A DNA stretch of 64,000 bases from assembly GCA_035285545.1 (NCBI GenBank), contig JAYKGY010000128.1:32001-96000 (forward strand). Reading direction: 5' to 3'. Each line of letters opens with the position of its first letter. Within the stretch, counting starts at the first letter, position 1. Both the position numbers and the translations under genes were made by a program. Shown here in pieces: positions 29,072 through 38,312 of the stretch. The DNA comes from Snowella sp. GTDB lineage: Bacteria > Cyanobacteriota > Cyanobacteriia > Cyanobacteriales > Microcystaceae. The notes under the pieces were generated by a model. The model had not been told where the DNA came from. It made no database searches and saw only the letters and a program-made list of their open reading frames with translations.

Positions 29072-31552
29072 TTACTTTTTCAACAAGGGCGATAGGGTTT
29101 GCCAGGCGGAGAGGAATCTACCTTGCATAAAGAAGGAAATTCCATAAAGGGCATTAATTTCTAAGTTATCAGGCGCAAGTTTTAATGCAGGTTCTAGGGC
29201 TAATTCTCCGGCTCGTCCTTGCCAATCGTAGAGATAGACAAAGGCCAAATAGGCATGGGAATAGGGATTATGGGGATCGAGTTTGACTAAAGATTGTAAA
29301 GCCGCGATCGCGGATTGGGGATTTTGCTGCAACACCCTGGCTAAGACCTGAGCATAAGACCAGTTAACGGCTTCGGGGGGATTTTGGCTTAACCGATAGG
29401 ATAGGGACGCATCGACTTGTTTGAGATAATTTTGAGTGGGATCATACACATTTAGCCGATCCACTTTTTGGAAAACGGGATCAAGACCCTTAACACCTTT
29501 GGGTAAATTGAGAGCTAACTGCCGCAATTGGGTCACAAAATCTAATTCGGGAGCCGCTACGGTTGGTGCATTCTTATTTAAAATAATTTTTGTTTCAGGA
29601 ATAGCAATGCTCTGGGTTTTTCCGGTTTGATAATCTAAATATTCGGCCTTAAGTTGATATTCTCCATCGGGCAAATTATCTGTCGGTAACATCGCCGTAT
29701 TTTCGATGACTTCTAATCCCTGATCAGGTTGACTCGGTTTGATTAATTTACCGAAACCAACCGCATGATCATGGATCCAATATTTTTCGGGATTACTTAC
29801 CGATTGCCAAGTTAATAAAATTAAACCAGAGGTTAAATCTTTCCCCGATCCTGACCATTGATAAGTAACCGGAACCGCCTTTCCTGGGGGAACCTGACTA
29901 GGAATTTGGACGGAATTAAGTTGGATAGAACTAACAGAATTAGGTAACGCCTTAACCGTAACAGGTAAGATTTTTCGATGGAATAATTTCAGGGTACTTT
30001 GATCAGGTAATTGCCAACTCTTAACGGTTTGAAAATTAGGATCGGTGTCTAAGGTTTTGCCAAAATCCAGTTGAGGTTCCCTGGCGTGTAAATTATCTCC
30101 CGTTTTTGTAATAAACCAATCGAATGACTGGCTATCTTTGGCGACTATTTCAGGCATTGTCCCTAATTCACGTCCGTAAACTTGAAAGTTTTGTAAGGCT
30201 CCAAAATAATTGAGAGTATTGGGATTAATCGAATCGGTATTAGGAATCACCCCTAAAGTTCCAATTTGATAAGGCGTGGTTTCAATAACGGTTTTGACTA
30301 ATTCAGTATTAGGAACAGGTTGACCGAGATAGGGACGAAAAAGAACGCTAGGCGTTAACGTTTGGCTCAATTGATCACTTCCAGGGATGGGAAATAAATT
30401 CAAAATCATGGCAAAAACCGCGATCGCCAAGGTTCCCCAGCGTACAAATTCCCACCGCGATCGCCAAAGGGTTAAACCATAGGCTAAGAAAATCCCTAAT
30501 ATGGGTAAATAGGGCAAAATATAGCGGCTATCTTTGTTATATAGGGCAGAACAAATCAGATAAGTGCTAATGAAATAAACCCCTAACCAAACTAAACCCG
30601 GTAAAGCATTTTTTCCTGTAATTAATAAGCCTTTGTTGGGGAAACGACCGAGTAAATGTAACAGTAAACCAACAATCGGAACAATTAATAAAACCCAAGA
30701 AGCTGCTAAGGGTAAATCTTTAAAATAATACGTCCACGCCGCTAAAGTATTAACCGCCGGATCGCCTTCCATTGCCGCCGGAATCGCATTAGAATTTTGA
30801 GCCGTACTAAACAAATAAATCCAATTGGTTCGATACCAGGGAAACCAAATAATAATTGAACAAAGGAAGCCAACAAAAAGCTGTAGCAATCTTTCCCATT
30901 GACGCTTAATTAAATAGCTAATTTTTAACCAAGCAATTGGCCCAATCAAATAAAACAAAACACTTTGTTTGGTAAATAATCCTAACCCTAAACAAAGTCC
31001 AAAAATAATAGCAAAAATCCATTGATTTCGTCGTGTCTTTGCTACTTTCCACAGAGTTAAAACAGCAAAACAAGTAATAGTAATCGCTAACAGGGGATTA
31101 TCTAACAAAAATTGCAATCGAGTTTGATAAATGCGAGGAAGTAAAACAGAAAATGCTGCCCCCCACAAGCCAATTTCTGCATTAAATAAGGTTTTACCAA
31201 TTAAATAAACGAAGAAGATTAAAACCGCACTATAAACTAATCCCGTTAATAAAGCTTGATCATTTCCTGTTCCAAAAATTTGCTGAAAAGGAACACTCAT
31301 TAAATAGGTCAAAGGCGGATATTTGGTCGATAACATCCAAAATTGTCGCCACCAGTCTCCATTGAAAAAATCAGGATTTTGTAACGCTCTTAGATATTCC
31401 AACGCAAACGTTAAATGATTGCTTTGATCCCAAGCCGGAACCGATTGATCCAACGCCAACCAGACGCGATCGCAAAGATTACTGATTAACCAAATCAGCC
31501 CTAAAAATAACCCTATTTGCGGATTGGTGAGATTTTTTTGCGGTTCCTTCAT
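29072..31552 (-). CDS. GT39/ArnT-like phospholipid-carrier-dependent glycosyltransferase with TPR-like C-terminus
   Basis: PAWDQSNH, KYPPL, many TM helices, KDSRYILP. Confidence 0.82.
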   Translation of the reverse strand: MKEPQKNLTNPQIGLFLGLIWLISNLCDRVWLALDQSVPAWDQSNHLTFALEYLRALQNPDFFNGDWWRQFWMLSTKYPPLTYLMSVPFQQIFGTGNDQALLTGLVYSAVLIFFVYLIGKTLFNAEIGLWGAAFSVLLPRIYQTRLQFLLDNPLLAITITCFAVLTLWKVAKTRRNQWIFAIIFGLCLGLGLFTKQSVLFYLIGPIAWLKISYLIKRQWERLLQLFVGFLCSIIIWFPWYRTNWIYLFSTAQNSNAIPAAMEGDPAVNTLAAWTYYFKDLPLAASWVLLIVPIVGLLLHLLGRFPNKGLLITGKNALPGLVWLGVYFISTYLICSALYNKDSRYILPYLPILGIFLAYGLTLWRSRWEFVRWGTLAIAVFAMILNLFPIPGSDQLSQTLTPSVLFRPYLGQPVPNTELVKTVIETTPYQIGTLGVIPNTDSINPNTLNYFGALQNFQVYGRELGTMPEIVAKDSQSFDWFITKTGDNLHAREPQLDFGKTLDTDPNFQTVKSWQLPDQSTLKLFHRKILPVTVKALPNSVSSIQLNSVQIPSQVPPGKAVPVTYQWSGSGKDLTSGLILLTWQSVSNPEKYWIHDHAVGFGKLIKPSQPDQGLEVIENTAMLPTDNLPDGEYQLKAEYLDYQTGKTQSIAIPETKIILNKNAPTVAAPELDFVTQLRQLALNLPKGVKGLDPVFQKVDRLNVYDPTQNYLKQVDASLSYRLSQNPPEAVNWSYAQVLARVLQQNPQSAIAALQSLVKLDPHNPYSHAYLAFVYLYDWQGRAGELALEPALKLAPDNLEINALYGISFFMQGRFLSAWQTLSPLLKK

Positions 31553-31610
31553 AGCTATGCTTTAATTAAAAATCGTAATGTCCAAATGCTAGGCAAAATA
31601 GGGAAAATTA

Positions 31611-32222
31611 ATGTTAGGACAACGTAATCCTGTACTTTTAGTGCATGGAATTTATGACACCGTTTCTAAGTTTAATGCACTAACCGCCTACCTCCATCAA
31701 TTCGGGTGGTCAGTTCATCGTCTAAATCTTACGCCCAATGACGGCTCTGCCCCATTAAATGAGTTAGCAAAACAAGTAGCCGAGTATATTGAAACGCATT
31801 TTTCCCCTGAGCAAGCGATCGATCTCTTGGGCTTTAGCATGGGCGGCTTAGTCACCCGCTACTATCTACAACGTCTTGGGGGAGTGAAACGGGTTCAACG
31901 CTACATAACGATTTCTGCACCGAATTACGGAACCTTAATGGCTTATCCCTTACCTTTGCCTGGAATTCGACAAATGCGGATGAATAGTCTTTTTTTGCAA
32001 GACTTAAATCAAGATTGTCTTGAATGTTTAAGCCCATTAAAAGTAATCAATCTCTGGACTCCCTACGATTTAATGATTATTCCTGCAACCAGTTCAAAAA
32101 TGGGAATTGGTCAGGAAATTTCTATCCCTGTTCCTATCCATGCCTGGATGGTTTCCGATCCCCGTGTTATGAAACTGGTTATGGAAGCGTTATCCGACAC
32201 GTTAAATCCAAATTTACAATAA
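31611..32222 (+). CDS. Triacylglycerol lipase-like alpha/beta hydrolase
   Basis: LLVHG oxyanion motif, GFSMG nucleophile elbow, DLMI and IHAW catalytic motifs. Confidence 0.9.
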   Translation: MLGQRNPVLLVHGIYDTVSKFNALTAYLHQFGWSVHRLNLTPNDGSAPLNELAKQVAEYIETHFSPEQAIDLLGFSMGGLVTRYYLQRLGGVKRVQRYITISAPNYGTLMAYPLPLPGIRQMRMNSLFLQDLNQDCLECLSPLKVINLWTPYDLMIIPATSSKMGIGQEISIPVPIHAWMVSDPRVMKLVMEALSDTLNPNLQ

Positions 32223-32240
32223 AACAGCTTTTTTCCTTAA

Positions 32241-32275
32241 TTAACTATTAACTATTAACTATTAACTATTAACTA
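32241..32275. repeat. Heptamer tandem repeat (TTAACTA)x5, STRR-like
   Basis: Five perfect copies between convergent genes; the last copy overlaps the stop codon of the GST gene. Confidence 0.9.
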
Positions 32276-33211
32276 ATTCAAGTTTAACATTGGCCCTTTT
32301 GGGATAATTCCTGAAGGATTTAACCACGGATGACTGCGATAATAGTGGTGTTTAATATGCTCAATGTTGCAAGTTTCTTTTACGCCATGATAATGATATA
32401 TACTCCGTAGATATCTCCACAGATTGGGATATTCATAAATATGGCGTAGATTGCATTTGAAATGAACGTAATAAACGGGATCAAATCGCAATAACGTTGT
32501 AAACATACATATATCCGCTTCTGTGATTTGCTCGCCACAAAGATAGGGTTGTTGCCCTAAGATTTCATTCCAATGATCAAGATGGTGAAATAGTTCGGTA
32601 ACGGCTTCTTCATAAGCTAATTGAGAAGTAGCAAAACCTGCTCGATAAACGCCATTATTAATCGGTTGATAAATGGCATCAATGGTTTGCTCAATTTGTT
32701 CCTGTAATTCGGGCGGACAATAATCGGTCGGATTAGACGCGATCGCCTGAAACTCATGATCCAACATCCGAATAATTTCGCGGGATTCATTGTTAACAAT
32801 GGTGTGGGTTTGTTTATCCCAGAGAATGGGAACTGTTACCCGTCCTGTGTATTGAGGATCAGCCAGAACATAAATTTCCCGTAAATACTGTTTATGGTTG
32901 ACGTAATCGGGGATAGAGCTAGAAAAATCGCTAAACCACCAACCGTCATCGCCCATATAGGGATCAACCACAGAAACGGAAATGGCATCTTCTAAGCCCT
33001 TAATTTTCCGCATAATCAGGGTACGGTGGGCCCAAGGACAGGCCAAAGAAACGTAAAGATGATAGCGTCCGGCTTCGGGTTGAAAGGGATTGTCGCGATC
33101 GCTGCTGATTTTGGAACGAAAAGTCGTCGGTTGACGTTGAAAACGCCCTTGATTATCCTGCACATATTCTTTGTTGTACCATTGCCCCTCGATCAGCATT
33201 CCCGTTGCCAT
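32273..33211 (-). CDS. Glutathionyl-hydroquinone reductase (GST omega/xi-like, YqjG family)
   Basis: ACPWAHR, TVPILWD, NNES, INNGVY, RFDPVY..HFKCN motifs. Confidence 0.93.
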   Translation of the reverse strand: MATGMLIEGQWYNKEYVQDNQGRFQRQPTTFRSKISSDRDNPFQPEAGRYHLYVSLACPWAHRTLIMRKIKGLEDAISVSVVDPYMGDDGWWFSDFSSSIPDYVNHKQYLREIYVLADPQYTGRVTVPILWDKQTHTIVNNESREIIRMLDHEFQAIASNPTDYCPPELQEQIEQTIDAIYQPINNGVYRAGFATSQLAYEEAVTELFHHLDHWNEILGQQPYLCGEQITEADICMFTTLLRFDPVYYVHFKCNLRHIYEYPNLWRYLRSIYHYHGVKETCNIEHIKHHYYRSHPWLNPSGIIPKGPMLNLN

Positions 33212-33327
33212 AGCTTAATTCTCCCCCTGACAGGACTTAAGATTTATCCAAAGGTAATCCATTTGCAGTTTGGATTGTAACTTTCTAAATGTAGAAAGTT
33301 AATCCGCTTCAATTTTGGCATAGATAG

Positions 33328-33951
33328 TTAACCATTAACTTGCTTTACAAAGTTTGAAAGCATTTTGAGTCCTAAATCGGCGGATTTTTCAGGGTGAAAT
33401 TGGACGGCCATGATATTCTCTTTCGCGATCGCGGCTGTTACCGTCTGTTGTCCGTGCGTTATCGTTGCAGCCGTTACTTGGGGATCAACCGGATCGACAT
33501 AGTAAGTATGCACAAAATACACATGAGGATCGGTCGGTAAATCCTGCCAAAGTGCATTATCCGTTTGCGTCAAATTCAACGCATTCCAGCCCATGTGGGG
33601 AATGGTTAAGCCTGGCTCTGATTGAAAACGCCGCACTTTCCCTGGAATAATCCCTAAACCCGATTCAATGCCCTCTTCCGAATGCTCAAACAAAAGTTGC
33701 AGTCCTAGACAAATTCCTAAAAACGGCTTTCCCGACGCGATCGCGGCTTTGATGGGTTCTACTAAATGGCGATCGCGCAACTGTTTCATTGCAGGATCAA
33801 ACGAGCCAACTCCGGGTAAAACAATTCCATCCGCCGCTTCTAAATCCGCAGTAGAATCCGTAACCTTTGGGTTCGCCCCCACTTTTTCCAACCCTTTACA
33901 GGCAGAATGGAGATTTCCCATATCGTAATCAATAACCGCAATAAATCCCAT
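33328..33951 (-). CDS. hisH: Imidazole glycerol phosphate synthase glutaminase subunit
   Basis: DYDMGNL, LPGVG, GICLGLQ, PHMGWN, QFHPEKS. Confidence 0.97.
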   Translation of the reverse strand: MGFIAVIDYDMGNLHSACKGLEKVGANPKVTDSTADLEAADGIVLPGVGSFDPAMKQLRDRHLVEPIKAAIASGKPFLGICLGLQLLFEHSEEGIESGLGIIPGKVRRFQSEPGLTIPHMGWNALNLTQTDNALWQDLPTDPHVYFVHTYYVDPVDPQVTAATITHGQQTVTAAIAKENIMAVQFHPEKSADLGLKMLSNFVKQVNG

Positions 33952-34221
33952 AATTCAACATTAAACTTACGTCTTTATTTTATAGCATTCGCGATTGAGG
34001 ATTTTTTTAAAAGACACAACAGATATTTTAAAACTTTTAAATTTAATCAGCTTGAGAGCTTCTAGAACCATATTTTTCAATCCTAAAATTTCATAAATCT
34101 TATAACTTGAGATTATTCCAGATTGGCGCATTCAAGATACTTATTCTACTCAATTATTTTATAAAATGAGCTTTTGTCTGTCTTAAATTAACTATTTAAC
34201 CATAGACTAAATCTCCTTGCT

Positions 34222-34282
34222 AAAAAACAGACTTTTTCCGATATCTTAATCTTTCTTAATGTAAAAACAGACTTTTTTCCGA
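34222..34282 (+). repeat. Approx. 20-bp direct repeat AAAAACAGACTTTTT(T)CCGA, two copies about 40 bp apart, upstream of the amidase gene
   Basis: Copies at about 34222-34241 and 34263-34282; AATGTAAA/TTTACATT inverted pair at 34258-34300. Confidence 0.65.
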
Positions 34283-34508
34283 CTTTTCCCTATTTACATT
34301 AAAAAAAAAGCTTGATATTCTTCTTTAGTGAAGATCAAAAGAGTTAATAAGTTAAGGATTTAACCAATATTAATCCTATATATTTTTGGCAGTAAATCAA
34401 GCAAGACTTATCACATGTCAATATATTGCACGGAATAGTAGTGTTTAATACTTAATTTAATTGCTCATTAAAACTTAATTGTTTTTTATTTTGCCGAGAG
34501 GACTTGAT

Positions 34509-35264
34509 ATGAAATTTGGTATTGACATGGGACATAATTGCCCTCCCCATGATACTGGTGCATCAGGTATTAAAAAAGAAGATGTTTTAACGAAAGATGT
34601 TGGAACTCGACTGATAGCTAAGTTGGTTGCCGCAGGTCATAGTGCCATCAACTGCACACCATCTTCAGCTACTTCTGTGAATGATTCATTGCGACAAAGA
34701 GTTAACAAAGCTAATTCTAATAATGTTGACGTTTTTGTTTCCATTCATTTCAATGCTTTTAGACCAACAGATAAAGTAATGGGGTCAGAAGTATTTGCGA
34801 TTAGTAATACATCGAAAGCGATCGCAAAGTCAGTATTAGCTGAAATTATTAAGTTAGGTTTCAGAGACAGAGGGGTTAAAAGTACGGCTTTTTTTGTCAT
34901 TAAAAATACTTCAATGCCAGCCATTCTGATTGAGTGTTGTTTTATTGATTCTCAGGCAGATATGGCCTTATTTGATGCTGAACAAATGGCTGAAGCGATT
35001 AAAGTTGGATTAATTGGAGATACTGATGATGATTCAACATCTGAACCTGCCACTTTAAAAATTAAAGTTCCTACTATTTTAAAACCGTCTACCCAACAAT
35101 CAACGGATATACCCAAAGCCGAATTAGTCGATATTGCTCCTGGTAGTTATTCTGTTAATGATATTCGTCGTGAAGAAAGACATTATTGGGTGAAGTGGCC
35201 CAATAAAAGTAAAGCAAATCGAGATGAACATTTTATTTTTGAAGAGCACGCAGAAATTGAATAA
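34509..35264 (+). CDS. N-acetylmuramoyl-L-alanine amidase (Amidase_3), no signal peptide
   Basis: IDMGH, KED, SIHFNA, MPAILIECCF motifs; ATG 34509 after GAGAGG. Confidence 0.92.
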   Translation: MKFGIDMGHNCPPHDTGASGIKKEDVLTKDVGTRLIAKLVAAGHSAINCTPSSATSVNDSLRQRVNKANSNNVDVFVSIHFNAFRPTDKVMGSEVFAISNTSKAIAKSVLAEIIKLGFRDRGVKSTAFFVIKNTSMPAILIECCFIDSQADMALFDAEQMAEAIKVGLIGDTDDDSTSEPATLKIKVPTILKPSTQQSTDIPKAELVDIAPGSYSVNDIRREERHYWVKWPNKSKANRDEHFIFEEHAEIE

Positions 35265-35335
35265 TTTCTATTTATAACAGTTTATTAGGGGGAGCAAATT
35301 CCCCTGCTCTAATTGAGTTATGAGGAAGGTCTAAA

Positions 35336-36886
35336 ATGGCATTACTAGATGATTTAATCACACGTTATGCAGCTACTGATTTAGGGAATATTTTTAGAGA
35401 GGTTGATACAACAGATAAAAGAGCTGTTGACTTGACCAAAATTAATTCTGAGCATTACCTTCATCTAAAAGAAATTACACTTGCTCAGTGGTTACTAGAG
35501 TCAGGAAGAGCAACCAGCAAACTTGCTAATGAACATAAAAATTTTGCAGGATTAAAATGGCGTACTGAAATGACTCCTTTTGCGTCTGCTAAACTCATTA
35601 AGGTTCCTTCAGAAACCACGAAAGTAGAATTTTGTTTTTTTGATAATATCGATAAATTTTTACGAGGTTATTGGAAATTTTTAACTCGTTCTCCTTATGC
35701 AGGTTTAGAAGACAACACCAAAACGCCAGAGAGTTTCATTGGATTTATTCAAAGCAAGGGATTTGCTGCCGATATGAGCTACATTTCTAAGGTGCTTAGC
35801 CTGTTACCAGAAGCTCATAATTTACTCTCACAAGCAAGTGGTTTTACCCTTCCTTCCCAACCTGACACTCTAGAAGTTATAGGCTTCCCTAAAGCGGTAG
35901 AAGTTGGACAAGGATTTAAAGTAGAAGGAACTGCTTCTGCTTCGGATGCAGGAAAAAAATTGTCAGTTTTAATTGATGATCAATTTAAAGGAAACGATGT
36001 TTTAATTGGTGCAGATAGTAAATGGCAATTTAATTTTGTCTTTACTCAGGCAGGCGATCGCAAGATCAAGATTTCCTTAGGCCCTCAAAATGAAGAAATT
36101 ACCATTAAAGCATCTGTGGCATCGACAATAGGTGCAGTCACTATTCCACTCAGCGGTAGTGTCGGTCAAGGTGGAGTGAACCGTCCCGCCGATAAATTAG
36201 CGATTAAAAAGCGACTACACGAATTAGGGTTTACTTTCGTCGGAAATCCAACCGATCCGAGCTTAAATACTGGATTTATTCAAGCAATTAAACTATTTCA
36301 ATCTATTATTGCTGGACGTAGTACTTTAGCAGGGGATGGTCGTGTGGATGTTAATGGAACGACTCATCTTTGGCTTCAAGCTGCTAATGCCCCTCGTTGG
36401 CAAACTATGCCTGATACCAATCTCAGTATTAGTTTACGGAATCGTGAAAAAGAAGAGACAGCTGACGACCATGACTTTGGTACAAGTTGGTTAGCGGATG
36501 CGATTTTGGAAATTGCCACAGATTACCATAACAATTTTCGCAGCAGCAATCCCACAGCAGCACCTTTTACTCTTAATGATGTGAGTCGTCCTCACGGCGG
36601 AGATACTCCTGATCATTCAGGGCATGAAACAGGTTTGATGTGTGACGTTTATTTGCCGCGCAAAGATGGCCAAGCTGGAGGAATTGACATGAATAGCTCC
36701 AGTTATGATCGTGATGCAACTCGCGAATTACTCAAGGCTATGCGTCGGCATAAATTAGTCCGCGAAATTTTCTTTAATGATCCACTTTTGAGGAATGAAA
36801 AGTTTAACGGTAAAAATTTATGTAACTTTGCTTCGGGACATCATCATCATATTCATTTTGAAATTAATCCACCAGTTAGAGCTTAA
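35336..36886 (+). CDS. Multidomain peptidoglycan hydrolase: glucosaminidase-like, Ig-like, PG-binding and MepA-like endopeptidase regions
   Basis: AQWLLESG/NFAGLK (GH73-like); SVGQGGVN...IKLFQ...DGRVDVNG (PG-binding); DHSGHETGLMCD...HHHHIH (LAS metallopeptidase). Confidence 0.75.
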   Translation: MALLDDLITRYAATDLGNIFREVDTTDKRAVDLTKINSEHYLHLKEITLAQWLLESGRATSKLANEHKNFAGLKWRTEMTPFASAKLIKVPSETTKVEFCFFDNIDKFLRGYWKFLTRSPYAGLEDNTKTPESFIGFIQSKGFAADMSYISKVLSLLPEAHNLLSQASGFTLPSQPDTLEVIGFPKAVEVGQGFKVEGTASASDAGKKLSVLIDDQFKGNDVLIGADSKWQFNFVFTQAGDRKIKISLGPQNEEITIKASVASTIGAVTIPLSGSVGQGGVNRPADKLAIKKRLHELGFTFVGNPTDPSLNTGFIQAIKLFQSIIAGRSTLAGDGRVDVNGTTHLWLQAANAPRWQTMPDTNLSISLRNREKEETADDHDFGTSWLADAILEIATDYHNNFRSSNPTAAPFTLNDVSRPHGGDTPDHSGHETGLMCDVYLPRKDGQAGGIDMNSSSYDRDATRELLKAMRRHKLVREIFFNDPLLRNEKFNGKNLCNFASGHHHHIHFEINPPVRA

Positions 36887-36962
36887 CAAAAAAGCACTTA
36901 CTACTCTCTAAAAACTCAAATTTTTAGCGAAAAAAAGACACTTATTTTAGCTTTATTAAGCC

Positions 36963-37053
36963 TATAGCAGTCCTAAGCCGTTTGTAAATATCCATCTACT
37001 CTGGGGAAGGGTTTCGAGCTTCTCAACAACACGAATTATTTAGGATTGCTACA
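36963..37053. mobile_element. Short MITE-like remnant with imperfect terminal inverted repeats
   Basis: TATAGCAGTCCTAA at left versus TTAGGATTGCTACA at right (12/14 complementary); non-coding interior. Confidence 0.55.
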
Positions 37054-37268
37054 TCCTCATAATTATTGAGAATACTGTTTTTTGAGTTAGTGTCTTTATT
37101 TATTCGCGCGACCGATTTAGGCTTTCTGAAACCCTTATACAATAAGGCTCGATTTTTTATCTTTGACCTAGCGCGAAAGACTTTTGACGCTAATGTTTTT
37201 GATGGTTTTTGACTTAACTTTCAACGCCAATTTTTTTTACACTTTCATCATCATAGGAGATAAACCTC

Positions 37269-38276
37269 ATGACACTTGAACTCGGAAAAGAATATCCCCC
37301 AGAGGGAGAAGATCAACTCATTGATATTTTACTGGCTAGTCTTTCTCAAGATTTAGATGACAAGGGGCAACCAATACTTCGTCAGCAACACCCTAAAAGT
37401 CATGGATTAGTGAGGGGAGAATTTATTGTTGACAGTAATCTTCCTGAAGATCTCAAAATAGGTGTTTTTCAGCGTGAAAAATATGATGTTTTGATTCGTT
37501 TTTCCAATGCCAGTAATAAACGCAAGGATGGAAATTTGCAATCTGATATAATTGGGGATGCAAGAGGAATTGCTATTAAACTCCTTAATGTCGGTCAAAA
37601 TAATAGTGAACAAGATTTTGTGGGTATTAATCACCCCGTTGTGTTTGTTAAAGATGTCAAAGGTTATCTTGATTTTGGTTTAGTTCAAAAAGGAATGGCA
37701 GAAGGAAAGGTCATTTTAAAACCTGGAGAACCACCGCAAGTGGATGAAGCATTTCGTGACGCTTTTCAAGCCTCTGCCTATGCCTTTGGGATTCTCAGAG
37801 AAATTGCAAGTAAAGCAACAACTAGCCCCCTTGATATTATCTATTGGAGTACAACACCTTATAAACTAGGGGAAAAAGCGATTAAATATCAAATGGTTCC
37901 CCACCAAACTCAGACGTTTAATCCTCAAAATGCTCAAGACAAAGATAACTATCTTCGGGAGGGAATTAAACAATATTTACAGAAACGGGAAGCCTACTTT
38001 GATTTCAATATTCAATTTCAAATGGATGCTGATAAAATGCTCATTGAAGACCCGACAATTGAATGGAAAGAATCAGATTCGCCCTTTATTAAAGTGGCAA
38101 CCATCAGAATTTTTCAGCAAGAGTTTGATACGGAAGAAGTTAAACAGCAAGATGAAAGTTTATCGTTTTCGCCTTGGCATTGTCTACCAGAACATCGACC
38201 GCTAGGTGGCGTAAATCGTGCTCGAAATAAAATTTATAATCAATTAGCAGAAAAAAGAAGACTTAGCCCACAGTAG
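37269..38276 (+). CDS. Small catalase-fold heme protein (catalase-related peroxidase / allene-oxide-synthase-like)
   Basis: QHPKSHG distal His, RFSN, DARGIAIK, DFVGIN, F-SPWH, RPLGGVNRAR..IY proximal Tyr. Confidence 0.85.
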   Translation: MTLELGKEYPPEGEDQLIDILLASLSQDLDDKGQPILRQQHPKSHGLVRGEFIVDSNLPEDLKIGVFQREKYDVLIRFSNASNKRKDGNLQSDIIGDARGIAIKLLNVGQNNSEQDFVGINHPVVFVKDVKGYLDFGLVQKGMAEGKVILKPGEPPQVDEAFRDAFQASAYAFGILREIASKATTSPLDIIYWSTTPYKLGEKAIKYQMVPHQTQTFNPQNAQDKDNYLREGIKQYLQKREAYFDFNIQFQMDADKMLIEDPTIEWKESDSPFIKVATIRIFQQEFDTEEVKQQDESLSFSPWHCLPEHRPLGGVNRARNKIYNQLAEKRRLSPQ

Positions 38277-38312
38277 GGTTGTATTGAATAAATTTTCAAT
38301 TTCTTAATTAAT

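Noticed and set aside
34509..36886. Prophage lysis cassette
   Set aside because: No holin, structural, terminase or integrase genes nearby, and HIP1 sites are present; kept only as an accessory hydrolase locus.
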